In this document: positions 1 through 13,832 of the stretch, piece by piece
Numbering within the stretch: position 1 is the first letter of the stretch
Layout of the letters: each line of letters opens with the position of its first letter
Assembly (NCBI GenBank): GCA_043228905.1
Contig: JBHGNT010000001.1
Location: forward strand, 36,456,001-36,520,000
Length of the DNA: 64,000 nt
Reading direction: 5' to 3'
Origin: Azolla caroliniana
Lineage: Eukaryota > Plantae > Polypodiophyta
Notes under the pieces: model-generated
Database searches by the model: none
Seen by the model: only the letters and a program-made list of their open reading frames with translations
What the model was told of the DNA's origin: nothing
Made by a program: the position numbers and the translations under genes

Positions 1-69
1 TGAGAGTGGCTAGAGTGAGTTTTTTATATGTGAATTGTTGGAGTTCTTTAAAGTTTCACAATTCTGCAG

Positions 70-730
70 ACATTATCATGGAGTCTCTAAAGAAAGCAGC
101 TGCATTGCCTGCTATTGATGCAAATAAATTGATGTAAATACGCATTGCTGTTAACTGTTTCAGGCATTCTGCTCTTAAACAATGGATTTCATCCAACCGA
201 AGTGAGGTTTGTCTTACTCATAGGCTCAAGTTCTCTCAGCTGCCTTGGAGGTAAGGCTTTCTTAAATTTTCGCAGTTGTGTTTATTTTGCTAGAACAAAG
301 CTAATGTTAGGATAATATTTTTCCATACATGGCTGGGCCTGATGAGCAAGATCCAACATGCAGATACAGGGCTCTTGTTACTCTTAAGGTCTCTTGTAAG
401 TTTCTCCTTGGTATTTTTTAATGTCAGGAACTATTGCTTTCTTGAAGATAAATGACAAATGGTTTTTGTTCATTCTTTCTTACAATATTAATGGGCTATT
501 TACAATTTGTTTTATATTTCGTTTTAATTGCTTCCAATACTAGAGGATATAATGTTTATATCAGTTACACAAACTACTCTTTTTTTATTTTGCAGATCAT
601 GGATGGGCTGATGAAGAATATTGCTGTGGATTTAGATGTTGGAACCATAGCTAATTTTGCAGCTCTTTCAGCTGATTCAAACATTTCTAAAGTAGATAAA
701 GAAATTCAATATATTCTGGAGTCCAGTTAG
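70..730 (+). pseudogene. PLAA: 3' part (PUL domain) of a phospholipase A2-activating protein / DOA1 / UFD3 gene, disrupted
   Basis: Exon remnants 70-206 (DIIMESLKKAAALPAIDANKLM*IRIAVNCFRHSALKQWISSNRSE), 224-250 (AQVLSAALE), ~329-395 (MAGPDEQDPTCRYRALVTL) and 596-730 (IMDGLMKNIAVDLDVGTIANFAALSADSNISKVDKEIQYILESS*) resemble the C-terminus of plant PLAA. Lesions: in-frame TAA at 135-137, only 17 nt between donor 207 and acceptor 223, no AG before 329, apparent frameshift near 386. Confidence 0.75.
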
Positions 731-2479
731 ATTTCCGGCAAGTTTTACAATGATAATGAAAGGTGGGGATTGCATCATCTTTTTAAGCACGTGATTAAAC
801 CAGAGACTTCAGATGAATTATAGTTCTGAGACTAGTGATTGAGCTCACACACCAGTGGGGATTGGTAAATATTTTTCCATTTATTTTCTGGCTTTGTAAA
901 ATCCAAATGCTGGAAAACAAGAGTTGGTCTTATTTGCTAAACAATCCTCTAATGGAGAAGCACCACCTGCAAATAGCTGACAAGCCAGCAGCTTTTGTAA
1001 TGGAGACATCATTGAAGAGTAAAATGTCACTCATTATTCATTCAAAAATAGTTCTGCTAATTGATAATGTGCTCTCTACTGACTTTTATAACCTTAATAA
1101 AAGGCCTATGTCTTGTAATATAGAAGACCCAAACCAATAATTTGTTGTAAAGATGTGGAAGGTTGTTCAAAGATCATCATTTTTCTTCAACGAATTTGAC
1201 ATGATATGATACCACAAGCAGACCACACTACTTGGGCAACTCCCTCAAAGGGGGAAAGATGTCTTGCTTTTCCGCTTAGCTATTACCTATGTAGACTCCA
1301 AGACGCTTTCAAGGATGGGAGAAATGTTTCGAAGTGGGACATTGTAGCCTCTGGTAGGAACACATGAACACAGTGCCGTTACAAGGTGTAGAATGTACTG
1401 GTCTGTAAAGCATATGTGCACTACTAATACAGGCGATGCAGTTCAGGGTATCAATGAAGGGTCGGAGTCTAAGATCTAGATCATGACAGTTCTTCTACCA
1501 AGTGCTGGATAAGCTTCGCCCTTGCCCTAGGTGAGCCACCTTAATAATACAGCAATCTTATTCTAGCACTTTGAGTATCTTACAGAAATGCAATTGAGTA
1601 TCTAATACTAGTTAGGCTCTACTCACATAATCTTGAAACCAAGGAATGTAAGTGTGCTCTACTGAAATATATTTGAGATCAAGAAAGATGGAAGTGTTCT
1701 TTTCTTATATACTTCGATCATTTAAGGTAGATTAAGCACACCTTTAGTCTGTTAGAGACCCTAATCAAGGTCGAATCAGAGGGGTTTAAATGTAAATGGT
1801 ATCAAATATATAGATTAGATTCAATGCCCAAAATATGTAGCCTAATAAGCAATATAAATTATATTTCGTTCAGGTTCTCAGAGACATGAATATATTGACT
1901 CTTTCTTTCTTTCTTTACAAAATACACATTCGTTTATAATAAAGAAGCAAAGAATAAACCCATAATCAAGTCAGGCCTCACTGATAAGTGTGAAAATATG
2001 GCAAAAGTTAACTCAAGCATCAGATGCCTCGCTGAGACACACTAGCTATTCTAACGGAGAGCTGCAAGAACATCAACATTAGATGCTCATTAAAGGGGGT
2101 AATGTTTGCTTTGTACTTTTTTGATCCGATGGGTCACATCTGGCTAGATACTAATAAAATTAGCTAACGGCTACCTCTTCATCCCATCCTTTCCTCATAA
2201 GGTGTTCAAAATCCATGTTCTAAAACCTTTCATGGTTAAAGAGTCCACTTTTAGCTTAATGGAATCCTTTAATGCCAGCCAATTTTGGGAAATTGTTCAC
2301 TGGATCATTTTTTAATCCAAACAACGCATAAGTATTCATCACAGGATTGCGGAAACCTTTGGGATATGCTTTAATGTGAATGAACTAGGTTCACTCCTTG
2401 CTGATAAACCGGCAAGAAAGCATCAAAATATCATCAGTTTCCACGAGCAGGTGAAGGTGTATATATCAATAATAATGTA

Positions 2480-3215
2480 TAGTAACGCAAAACAGTGACA
2501 CTAATACTGTTCCTTATTGGAACAATGATAACTCAGAGATGAAGGACTCAAGCATGAAGCAAGAGGTAAGTAAAAGTATTAAAACATTTTCCGTCTATTT
2601 AATTAAGCAAATTATCCAGTATACTCCCTATCTCTTACAAAGATTGTTCCACTTATTTTGCATAATAGAAATTCCATAAAAGAAAGATTAGATATAGCAT
2701 ATAAAAGAATACTATACTATATTGCAAATGTTCTAACGCAAGATACAGTGTACATTAATACTGTACAGAGATTCTATCAATGATTGAAACAGAGATAAGC
2801 GAACTCAGAGATGAACTCAAACACGGAGCAAGAGGAAAGTTAAACAACATGAAAATAAAATCATCAAAGAGTCGAACATTTAGTCTATCTAATGAAGCAA
2901 AATTATCTAGTACACTCCACATATTTTACAACAATCGTTTCTAATGATTTTACATAATAGGAATTCCCGAAAAATAATTATTAAATATAGCGACTATAAG
3001 AATGATATACTATATCCTAAATGTTCTGACACAAATTACAGTTTACATTAATACTGTAAAGAGCTTCTATCATTTAATAGAAGTCCATCTAATTAAGCAA
3101 ATTTATCTAGAACGTTCCCTATCATTTACAACGATCATTTCTAATGATTTTGCATAACAGGAGTTCCATAAAATAAATTATTAGATACAGTCATTATAAG
3201 GATACTATACCATAC
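2480..3215. repeat. Degenerate tandem repeat, about 3 copies of a 190-300 bp unit
   Basis: Recurring blocks 'gtctatctaat(t/g)aagcaaattatctagta', 'attttgcataataggaattcc' and 'tactatactatat..aaatgttct.ac.caa..tacagt.tacattaatactgta' at about 2593, 2883 and 3083. Confidence 0.8.
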
Positions 3216-4529
3216 CATTTATCCAAGAGGCCTGCTGTTGTGGTACATAGGCATTCCCTGGAGAAAAAATTCAAATTAATAAATGACATGAATAAGAGAA
3301 TCAAAGGTTGAAATATCAGTGAGGCCTAAGAAAATGCTTCAGTTCATGTACTTGGAGAGGAAAATGAAAGGTCATATGGAAGTCTTCAAAAGGCCACGAG
3401 ATCAAACGTTACATCCATGTGAATCTTATCGAAGTCTGGTAAAAGAAAGCAAAAGTAAATTGAACCTAAAGTATGCGGTTTGCCTATGTGACTAGGCTGT
3501 GATCAGAGAATAATGGGTAGAAGTAAAGTGGAGGACACAGGATATGCTGCAGACACACTGATGTAGAGCATGAGTGGATCAGTCCATGAACACTATCATA
3601 AGATGATGCAGCTTGACATAAATCACGCTTGATCTTGGGCAATGATACACAGTAACTTCAGACGCAGGCTCCATCTTCTAATATGATAATCTGTGTATCC
3701 TTTTGTTTCTAGAGAAAAACCTTCTACATTAAAAAAAATCTCTAGAAAAAAACAGCCCTGAACATCTCCAATAATAGAACTCCATCCATGAAAATGATTC
3801 AAACCCCTCCCTAAAGAGGTAGTAGAGACGACCCCGATTTCACTATGAATTGTGATGCAGATGTGGCGCTTCTCAAACTCTGGTTCTTGCCTATGGAGTA
3901 GAAACATGGGGACCCAATCTTAACAAGGCAAATCATGGGAAAGATTTAGAGACCTTTAGTGTCAATGATTGCCCGCCCGCATGATAAGGAGCAAAGCATC
4001 AGTACCCCACGATATAATCCTGGCAGAGATGGGAGCAACACCTATAATCACTGAGGCATTGTTCCGATCAGTGACATTTATCCAACACCTTTGGGAGCTC
4101 CCTAAACAAAGGTACCCAAGGTTAGCACTTATGTCGTCAAGACAACCGGCTAAAAATGGAGACATTCATTGTTGGTATGCTTAAATGCAGCAATGGTTCG
4201 AGTCACATGGCATACCTATAGATGCACTACCCCCGTTCGAATATAGATTGGACTGTCTCCATCTAAATATAACCAAAGTGGTAACCTAATGCTAGCTTCA
4301 TTTGGCTCAATTTTGTTTTGCTTTTGAGGACATATTACAAGATAGAATAAACTGTTGCTTTAGCCAAGCAAGTGGTAGTGTTCCGAAATGTGATATGTGT
4401 GGGAACAGGGCGATGCCAATTCGTTGAATCATCATCGCTTGTGTAAATCCACAATTCATGACCAGTACCACTTTTAATGTGGAGAATTGAAGCTTCAACT
4501 GGGTGCCGTGTAGTTTATTGTTTATTGTG

Positions 4530-4830
4530 ATCGTGTATGACGTATTAAGCCTTTGTGAGACTCGACCTATATTAGTATATACTTGATTTTCATCTTTCAC
4601 AGACGTAATGTATATTTTTAAATCCTTGTCTCCAAAGAATCTAAATGCTTTAGAAAATGGCACATTCCCAAACCTGTTGTGAGAAATATTATGGTTACAT
4701 TTACATATTCAAATTTGAAAAAAGCTTGTAATGGTGGTTCACATAATCTCTTCAATAAATCAGGTATATATGTGTTTTAAATATAATGTGTACATTCGAC
4801 TGCTAACAATAATAGCCATATGTATTGAAT
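4530..4830 (-). mobile_element. Possible highly degenerate Helitron helicase C-terminal remnant
   Basis: The minus-strand reading ...(F)SHNRFGNVPFSKAFRFFGDKDLKIYITSVKDENQVYTNI loosely resembles the Helitron/PIF1 motif 'VFSHGQLYVAFSRV....LKILI......T.NIVY'. Frameshifted and weak. Confidence 0.3.
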
Positions 4831-5588
4831 TACTAGTAGGCATTGTACACAAGTTTAGTTAGCGTCTATTTCAAAGTGGATCAACACAAATTAATATCAA
4901 GGTGCAAATGGCATCAACTACATAGTATAAATTTTAAGTTTCATCATGACCCCTATTTTTTTTATGTATTTAGTGGATAAGTCAAGGTAGAAACCCCTTG
5001 CAAATGCCAGAAAATTACTGGTTTTTGTTGCGCCTTGGGGATTTATTTTGCTACACAAGAAGTGTCATCTGGTATACTGATTTTAATATTAGTTTGTGAA
5101 TTGATGATGGAAATAAACATTTATATGGATGATGTGGGTATTTTTAATTGTAAGTGTATGCATTATACAATGTATATGAAAACCAATGCATTATACTCAA
5201 GAGTTAAGAATCATAGAACCATAACCACTGCTTTCGTAAACTAAAAAGTTGGAATAATAAAAGCATATGGATGACATGGGCTTTTCTAGTCATAAGTGTA
5301 CGCATTCCAACATAATTAACACATTCATAGATATATTACTTACATTGTCAGATCCATATCTCTACTGACTATTTGTCTTTGTTGCAGCTTTACATTGTTT
5401 TTATGTTTTACTGGATGTCATTTGTTTAAAAAAAGTGTGCAACAAAATTTGGTTCATGTACATATGTTACGGTAGTGAAGCTGAGGAATGTGATTGTGCA
5501 ACAGCTATATCTTGTATTTGCTATTAGAAATATACAACCAAGGACATACATGGGTCTGCTCACTGATATGCACATTTAAAGTTGTATG

Positions 5589-6245
5589 CATAGATTGACA
5601 CATGCGTGATATTCGTGATATTCTCCATGTGCAATATTCTCAATATTTGAGAATACAAAATGGCCCCAAGAATATTAAAAAAACATTCGTTTTGTAAAAT
5701 AAATATAAAAAATTATTTATTTATTTAAATAAATGTATTTCACCAAAAAAAACAATTATTCATTAATAGATTATAGTGTCAAGAGAGTTTATGAAACTTA
5801 TTTTAATTAATTAATTTTTTAAAAACGAATATTTTTATATTTATTATACAAATATGATTACTATTAGTATGAACTTTGAAGATATAATTATGTAGTTTGA
5901 AGTACCATTTTTAATGTCAAGATAAAAATATCCATAAATTTTGAGGAAATAAAAAGTGAGAAATTAATCGGCCTTTATTTTATTTTATTTATTTATTAAA
6001 AATAAAACTACTATACATTTATTATAAAATTTTAGTAGTGTCAAGTCCCCAAAGTTCCTCTTTTATTATCCCTATTTATTGTTAAGTTCTTTTTATTTTT
6101 ATCTTAGGAATATTATTTTTTTTTAAGTTTTTATTTTTTTTGGGGGGGGGGGTTAACCGAATACTTGACTACCCATTCGTATTCGTATCCGTATTCGTTT
6201 GCATTCGAATGGGAAACCCCACGAATGCGAATATGTCAATCTATG
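5589..6245. mobile_element. Non-autonomous hAT-type DNA transposon (MITE), 657 bp
   Basis: TIRs CATAGATTGACACATGCG (from 5589) and CGAATATGTCAATCTATG (to 6245). Perfect 8-bp TSD GTTGTATG at 5581-5588 and 6246-6253. AT-rich core with subterminal TATTCG repeats. The paralogous site at 18216-18223 has a single GTTGTATG. Confidence 0.9.
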
Positions 6246-6991
6246 GTTGTATGCATTCTATCATTCATATTGATTTCTTTCAAAGACTAAACCATGTTAA
6301 CCCATTGAAACAAAAGTTTGAAGGATACAAAAGCAGCCATAAAAGCAAATTAGAATAGAAGACTTTAAATTCCTACTCACGTGTTTTCCTGATGATGATA
6401 ATGAGTAAGAGGGAGGGAGGGGCTTCATGCCATACTGTTATTTAGTAATCTACTCATTTTTTAACGAAGTCAACACCTCTTTGGGACAAACCAGATCTCT
6501 AAATTGACATTGTTTCCCTGACATTTTCCTTGCTGGGAAACAATGTCAAAACGTCGTTATGGTTAAGAAGAGTGATGGTCCCGCATACCTTATTTTTGAC
6601 CAAATTTTAAAGTAGACAAGCAGGAAGTCAAGTTGTATCTCTAGGTTAAGATGCCAAGCTGAGTCGGCAATTAAGAATGTAGATTATATATGGGTATCTA
6701 AAGGTAAAATCCTAAAGAAGGAAAAGGAAGTCCATTTTCATGTCAGGCTTAAAGATTTACATGTGTTTTCTCCAACACAAGCATTGGGGATGGGCACATT
6801 GTATGGCACACCTTGTGGAGTCCCACCATCAGTTAAGAAAACCAAAGCAACATTTTCATCCCCTAGTGTAATGGGTCTTTTTTAATTCCCTGTTGTTTAG
6901 GTTATCATCAACATTATCTTCTCGAAACAACCCACTACATCCCTCTGCTCAACAGTATACACCATGTGTAAGAGCAATATTGCTTCATCAT

Positions 6992-7029
<38 letters not shown>

Positions 7030-7374
7030 CTCATTAATTGCTATCTCTTGTTAAAACAGATTATTTAAGACCCGAATTTCAGTTGACACTATAAACACTA
7101 TTATCTGGGAGAAAACTGAAAACATGGTGTGGCAACGACATGGTCAAAATCTTTACAAACAAGAAGGTTACAAGTGGATGGAAGGACAGGGCGTATCCTG
7201 TTTTGTCAGGAGGAATATCACAACCATCATACAGAGTGTATTACAGTGGTTATCCTGCAAATGTGCTAGACTCCTATCCTTTTTAGTCAACAGTAATCCA
7301 AAAAAGAGGATAAAGTTGGACATAAATGGTCTTTAGTATGTTTGGATGTTAAGGTGTAGACCACCAGACCACTG

Positions 7375-9249
7375 TCAGTCAGTGAAGTTGTGTAATGCAA
7401 CTCCTGGGGAAGAAGCATTGGGGGCTGGTTTCACATTCTCGGTAGGAGGTACAGTGTCCCATATCAATTCTGATGGTAATTTGGGTATGCCATAAAGCTT
7501 GAATCTATAGAACAAGGATGTCGGAAATTTGACATTCTTCAGTCTGACAGTACCATAAACCCCCGTGAAAATGCCTGACCCGCCTGTCACGGCAAGAGTA
7601 GTGTCTTCATATTCAGCATATGGCCCCTGTTTCATAAAAAATCCAAATATAAATCAATAAACCACATATAAACAGTTGTTTGGGATTTCAGCTGAGTATC
7701 ACTAGGTTTTCAAAATTTATCCAAAACCCCAATCTAGTACAAAATGACCAGAAATACTACCATCACTCTGTAATAGTAAATATTTTGTAGTACATAGGGG
7801 TTTGTATTCAAAGCGACTAAATATTTTGCACTACATTCAAACATAGTGCAGTATGTTGATATCATTATAGCAATGCCTACCTGAACTGAGATATGCCCCA
7901 AGTCTCCAAAGTAGAAACTATATGTAGCTTCATATAAGCATCCACCCTTTTGCTGGTTGTATCGCATGACCATGCAAACTCCAGCTGTAATACCCAATCT
8001 CTTCTTTAAGGACCCATCAAAGAGCTGCATTACCATTCCAAAACATTAACCAACCTACTAATAACATGGGGGTATTTTTCGAGCAGTTTTTGAAAAGCAA
8101 CTTCGGCCAATACCCGAACAATTCTCGCAAGGGGTACGTTTTGTTTGTTATTTTGTTATTACCTTATTTGTAAAAGCGACTATCATGCCAAGTCCGGCCA
8201 CCGGCCTCAACCTCTGCATATCAAAACCAGGCTTATTAAATGGCAGAAGCAGGGGGCTGTTTCGATCTTGCTCGTTGAACTCATACACCGTCAATTCTTG
8301 GGGTTCTTTATCTGCAGCACATAAACGGAATAGAGCATATTTAGATACACTTTGATTAATGAGATGCATTTAGTAAGGTGCCATGAATGAGTTGTATTTT
8401 GATAAATGGCAGTTCTGTCATAAGTAACATGTATACAAGCATGCATGCATGTGTGTGTATGCATGAGAGAGGATTTTTTTGAAGACCATGCATGGGGTCT
8501 TCTTGAGTCCTGACTCCTCCCCAAAAAGAGAATGCAAGAAATATTTGATAAATAAGAGCTACGTAATGTGTAGCATGTTTGATGATATGAATACAGTAGA
8601 CAAGAGATGGGCCAAAAATCTTCTCCATGGATCCCTAAAGCACAAAGTAAAAAATCTCTCCAATAAATGGATGCTACTACGAATTGCATAACATGTTTTG
8701 TTATGAAATGGAAGAACAGATGGGCCACCTACCATCATCTCTCGGACTCATGCTGTCATCTCTCGCCCTGCTACCCTCCTCTCTCGGATTAGTGCTGCCA
8801 TTTCTGGGCCTGCTCATGGGGTTGGTTTTCTTAGTACTGTCGTTATTGACTGATGGCAATGTGACACTTGTCGCGATTGTAGGTGGGTGCGCCCGGGAGC
8901 TCAAACGTCGATGACCAAAGGTCGTCAGAACTAGTCTTTTTCCATTGAAACGCGAGCATGCTAAATTACACTGCAGTGACTGAATTGATGGGCGTTGTTG
9001 AGGTGATGATGGCCTGTGAAGCAAGAGAAATGATCAAAAAGCCGATATGAATACATACTAGACTTCATTCAAGGCTGGGGAAAAAGAAAAATCTCTGATT
9101 AAGATCGGAGAAATTCAAGCACATTCATTAATTTTGGTTAGCGAGCTATCAAGGAAAAAAAACAGAGACGGATCAGAGATGTCGATCACTTACGAAGAAG
9201 AAGAAGGGGGTCTGAGAACAGAGGCGGAGGAGAATGATGCTGATGCCAT
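7375..9249 (-). CDS. AOC: Allene oxide cyclase (AOC) family protein with plastid transit peptide, copy 1 (293 aa)
   Basis: Exons 9249-9194, 9013-8733, 8311-8163, 8024-7881, 7626-7375 (882 nt, GT-AG, phases consistent). Motifs [72 protein letters not shown]. Ser-rich N-terminus [15 protein letters not shown]. Confidence 0.95.
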
Positions 9250-9650
9250 TGCCAAGTATATTGGGTATGGAGAAAGACAAGGAAGGCTGTAGAGAGATCG
9301 TGAGGGGAACAGAGAGAAAGGGAGATGGAGAGGAATATGTGAAGTGTTGGGGGTTGGGAGATAGGAGTGAGGGTAAGGAAGGATGTATTTATATAAAGAA
9401 GAAAGAAGGAAGGAAGTGGGAGGCAGAGAGATTCCATAGCGACAGTCTACAGAGACAGGGGAAGGGAACTTTTTTTCATTCAGAAGCAGCTTGTGCTTTG
9501 TGGGGCCACGCGCTCTGCACCTCCCATGGCGGCGGCTGAAGCAGAGATTACAGAGGCAAAGGCAACGCTGTTAGGAGGCGATTCATTGATTTGTCGTCTC
9601 TGTGTTTTGTTTAGGGTTTTACCAGTTCCACTCTCTGTATCTCTCTGTCT

Positions 9651-9745
9651 TGTATGTATGTATGTATGTATGTATGTATGTATGTATCTATGTATGTATG
9701 TTTGTATGTATGTATCATGTATGTATGTATGTATGTGATGTATGT
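9651..9745. repeat. (TGTA)n microsatellite upstream of AOC copy 1
   Basis: Direct run of tgta units. Confidence 0.95.
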
Positions 9746-12199
9746 GTTGGTGGAGATGGAGATGGAGTGGTCGGCTCAATCATTCATATTCATCCATTCA
9801 TTCCATGTGTATGACCCAATCCAATCCCCAAAAGCAAGCAAAGTAAAAAGTTCAGAATGAAAGAGATGGGGCTGGATGGGGACATGTTTTCTTTTTTGTC
9901 CGCCCGCCCGCCCGTCTGTCTCCCTCCCTCTCTCTCCATCTACCCACCTGCCTATACCTCTCGAAACACGGACAGTGTCTCCAACACCACGCCCCATGGT
10001 TCTTATGACTGAGCGTCTCCTCCTCGTCGCGTTCGCCTCCCTTGTCCCCCCACCCTTGCTTACTATTATTGCTTCTCTACTAAGTCTTCGGCTTTACACC
10101 AAACTCGTTGTAGTCGCCGGCCTCATATTGCCACTCCTACCCCCTTTTCGTGTCTTGTGGAACTACTATGTACATACATATATCCAAGGACAATAGGCTT
10201 GTCTTGACTTAGCATTGTTATATTACATAGCTACTACCTCCTACGATAAATGGGAAAAATCTTTGTCGGCGCTATGATATGCCTTGTCTTTATCTTGCCT
10301 CTCAATGTAGTTGTTGCCTCCACCCACGATATATGGGCAAAAATCTTCGTCAGCTCTGCAATATGACTTGTGTTGACACGTGCTCACTTTTAGCGAGGAA
10401 AATATTCGGATTTCTTTTGTAATTCAGCCAGGTGCTAGCAACTATCGTTGTAGTTAGTTTGGGAGGACCAACTTTCGACCACGTGTCGATTTAAAGAATC
10501 GCGTGCATTATTAACACAATCACATGTGAAAGCCAAATGTCAATTTCCAATTTGAAAACTGGAAACTTTGTTTGTTTAGCTACCTATGTCTATTATTTTC
10601 CTAGCAAAAAACTTTTGTTTTGTCCAAAACAAAAAGATGCCAAGGGAGCCAAATTTTGAGGTCTAAATATGCATATGTTTTAACATTATTCATATTTCAA
10701 AATCATTTACCTTATCTTGTTAGAATTAGCATTGCTTTCGTCCCAATTAAAGCTATAAACCTTCAATATCATGTCTCTTACCGTCTTTTCATAAGTTTTG
10801 TAATCTATTATGTTGTAGCTTCATATCGATGAAGCTAGTGTCCTTTTGAGATTATGACTGAATTCCATGATACAAACCATCAAACTACATCATAAGTGAT
10901 AAAGTTGATCGCCCTACAAGTGCCCAAGTTCCTTTTGTAGATTCTAATTTTACTACGTGACTTGTTGGGAAGATTATAATATGGAAAAGGCACTTGAGCA
11001 CAAGCATTAGATTGAGGACATCATCCACATATATATAGATGTCATTAATCTAATGCTTTCATATACTCATAAATTAGAATAAGAAGAATCGAACTTGTTA
11101 CGTCATTGAATGATAACTTTTACGTATATGGTTTACTGGAAATGCAATAATGCTCTCTTCTTTGACGTTTCTAGTCCACTGATGTCATGACGTTTATTTA
11201 AAAAATGTGTGCAATGAATTAGATTCATGTGTGCTATATGCGATTAAGATTGATGCAAAATGACATATTAGAATTTAAGTCATGAGAAAGAATACAAATT
11301 TCATACTCTCTTTTTTTTCCAAACAAGATATCCTTCCATTAGTTTTAAAAAGCGTATCTGCTACAAAATACAACCAATAGGTCAGCGCTGCTGCTTCCAG
11401 CAACACCTTTGTTACAAAAAACTTCAAAAGCTTCCTTTAGAGCCTTGTGAAAAAGGGAATGATGTACAAAGCATTACTCACCTATTACTCACATATATTA
11501 TAGTACAAATTTCATACTTGTGAGAGTGTGACTGGATTTAACAATCAACTTACGGGAGATGAAAAGTAACTTAGTGTGGCAGGCATGTTTTTGTACTGAT
11601 ATTGTCGGGTAATATGCACACTAAGAGTGGCAATTGCATGTCAAACGAAAATATTCGAAATAAAACTTCGGGAGAAACTAAAAAAGGTTTAAGCCAAAGC
11701 ATATTTTAATTATATTAAAGTGTTTTTGTCAATCACTTGAGGAGAACCGTTGCCAATGCAAGTAGATCCCAGAGTCAACTCCCCATTTGGACAAAAGTTT
11801 TTGGAACAAAGGCCAGCTCTCTTCATTGACTTTTAACTTTCGGGGAAAGACGCTTTTTTTTAATATAGGGAATGAAGAAGACGAGGAATATTGTAAATGC
11901 ATTTCTATATTTTACAATACCTAGTTGGATTGAGAAATAAGAATTTAGATTATATATTGGTCTCTAGATATAAATAGTAAATAAAGTCAAAACCTCAATG
12001 TCAAGCTTAATCATTGACATATCATTGAACATGGAGACATTATATCGTTGAACTTTTTCTAGAGTCCAAATCATGGTAAAAACATTTGCATGCATTAACC
12101 TACCTTGATTCCCTATATTTTATATTTTATATTTTAAACAAAATATCCTTTCATTAGTTTTAAAAAAGGCACATCAGCTACAATGCTATGTTTTCCGTA

Positions 12200-13060
12200 G
12201 AGATTGTGCAACTATTGAAGCCGAGTATCCCACAAAACCTCCATCCATCACAAAATCTAATTTCATTTTTGTATGTACAAACAATTCTCCCATGTTGCCA
12301 CATGCTGTCAACATACCAAAAAATGTCATCATATAAGGTAAGTGGAAGCCACAAGCATTTGAGGATAAAATTGCATAGCATCCTCATTCTTATCATGCTT
12401 AGTATAGCCGAATAACATGGTAGTCCATTGTACCATATCTCCAACAAACAATAATTCATCAAAGCTTTTGGGCTTCAATTATTGCTCAGCAAATGCAAGC
12501 ATTAACAACGTTGTAGTGACTGTTGATGTTGATTTGAAGGGCTTGAATAATTCAAAATGCATTAAACAATTGGTTGGTTGGTGGCTCATAGGTTTCACAT
12601 CCATTGTTTAGCCCACCTGAACTGAAAGATCATCGAATGTTTATTGGGTTTTTTCAAGCTCGCCACATTTAGCATACATGTCCACGAAAGCATTCCCAAG
12701 CTCAATATTGTCTTCCAACAGTCTCATACTCACAATTTCATTGTGAATTTCTATATCGTTATCAGCCACCACTACACTGCCACATGCCTTTAGCAAACTT
12801 ACAAGGGTGTTTGCATCCGAAGAAAGACCATCATTTTGTATTTGTTCAAAAGGATTCCATGCTTCCTGGCCAAATCTATGTTGGGAATATCCTGAAATTA
12901 GTGCATTCCAAGAAGCCACAACCCGAACCGACAGCCCCTTGAGCACTTTTTGTACTTTTCCTACTTCACCACATTTGACATACATATCCACCAAAGCAGT
13001 ATCTAGTTTCTGAACATTACCAATCAATCTTTCACTTACAATTTCACTTTTGATTCCCTA
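12200..13060 (-). pseudogene. PLS-class pentatricopeptide repeat (PPR) gene fragment
   Basis: ORF 13027-12641 contains TALVDMYVKCGE..., SWNALISGYSQH, TLVSLLKACGS and GNAFVDMYAKCGELEK, followed by a stop. A further frameshifted motif (FFGMLTACGNMG) lies near 12330-12290. No start codon, targeting region or E/DYW domain. Confidence 0.85.
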
Positions 13061-13270
13061 TTTTTTAGGTTCTTTTCATCAACATTATGGTCTCGAAAGA
13101 ACCTACTCCATACCGTTGCTTCACAATATACACCATATGTAAGAGCAATATTACTTCATCATCAATTCTCTCTATTTCTATGTTTATAGAGACCCATCTA
13201 TGCATTGGCGAGAAACTCCATGAGGTAAAGGTATTTAAATGGGGGCTGGTATACCGTCTCCGACCACATG

Positions 13271-13832
13271 TGTTAGAAAGCATTAGAGGGTTTGATGGAG
13301 TGGTGGTGTTGTACAAAGAAGAGATTCATGAATATATAGAGAGTGAGTGTGTGTGTTGTGCATAAGGATGTAAAGGCATGTTATTTGTGAGAATTATCGA
13401 GTTGATATCATTAGAGTGGAAAATGGAAGATCATGAATTAGCCTCACAACATCTCTTATGTAGGAGAATGGCCCACTACAAGGCACTCCTGCTTATCAAC
13501 ATGTTATAGTATAGATTTATCAACAAACCTTCTTATATGGATACACATCTATCTCATGCTCTTCCTAGTGTGATAGAGTAGATCATAACCTCTTTACATC
13601 ATTTAGATAATGAGATAGGCACATATGCATGCAAATCTATAGAATAATACATCTGCTAATTCTGCAATCGAGAGATATAGACATGAGAACAAAATGTCTA
13701 CCACTATGGTAATCTTTATGAAGGAGAGTGAGATACAAGTGCCTTTCCAAAAAAGACTATGAGGTGATAGACAAGATCATGGAATACAGAGACCACATTG
13801 AAAGATAACATTACAACCACAACTTTTCAACA
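13271..13832. mobile_element. Possible solo LTR (TG...CA), about 560 bp
   Basis: Starts TGTTAGAAAG and ends CTTTTCAACA (imperfect inverted termini). Absent from the paralogous region downstream of AOC copy 1. No clean TSD found. Confidence 0.4.

Noticed and set aside
134-163. 30-nt GT...AG segment that could splice out the PLAA stop codon
   Set aside because: Too short for a plant intron, and it would remove residues that match the conserved protein.
9480-9860. ORFs with MYVCMYVC / HTYIHTYI repeats (similar ones at 31578-31998, 23319-23840, 47152-47468)
   Set aside because: Translations of microsatellites or antisense frames of real exons.
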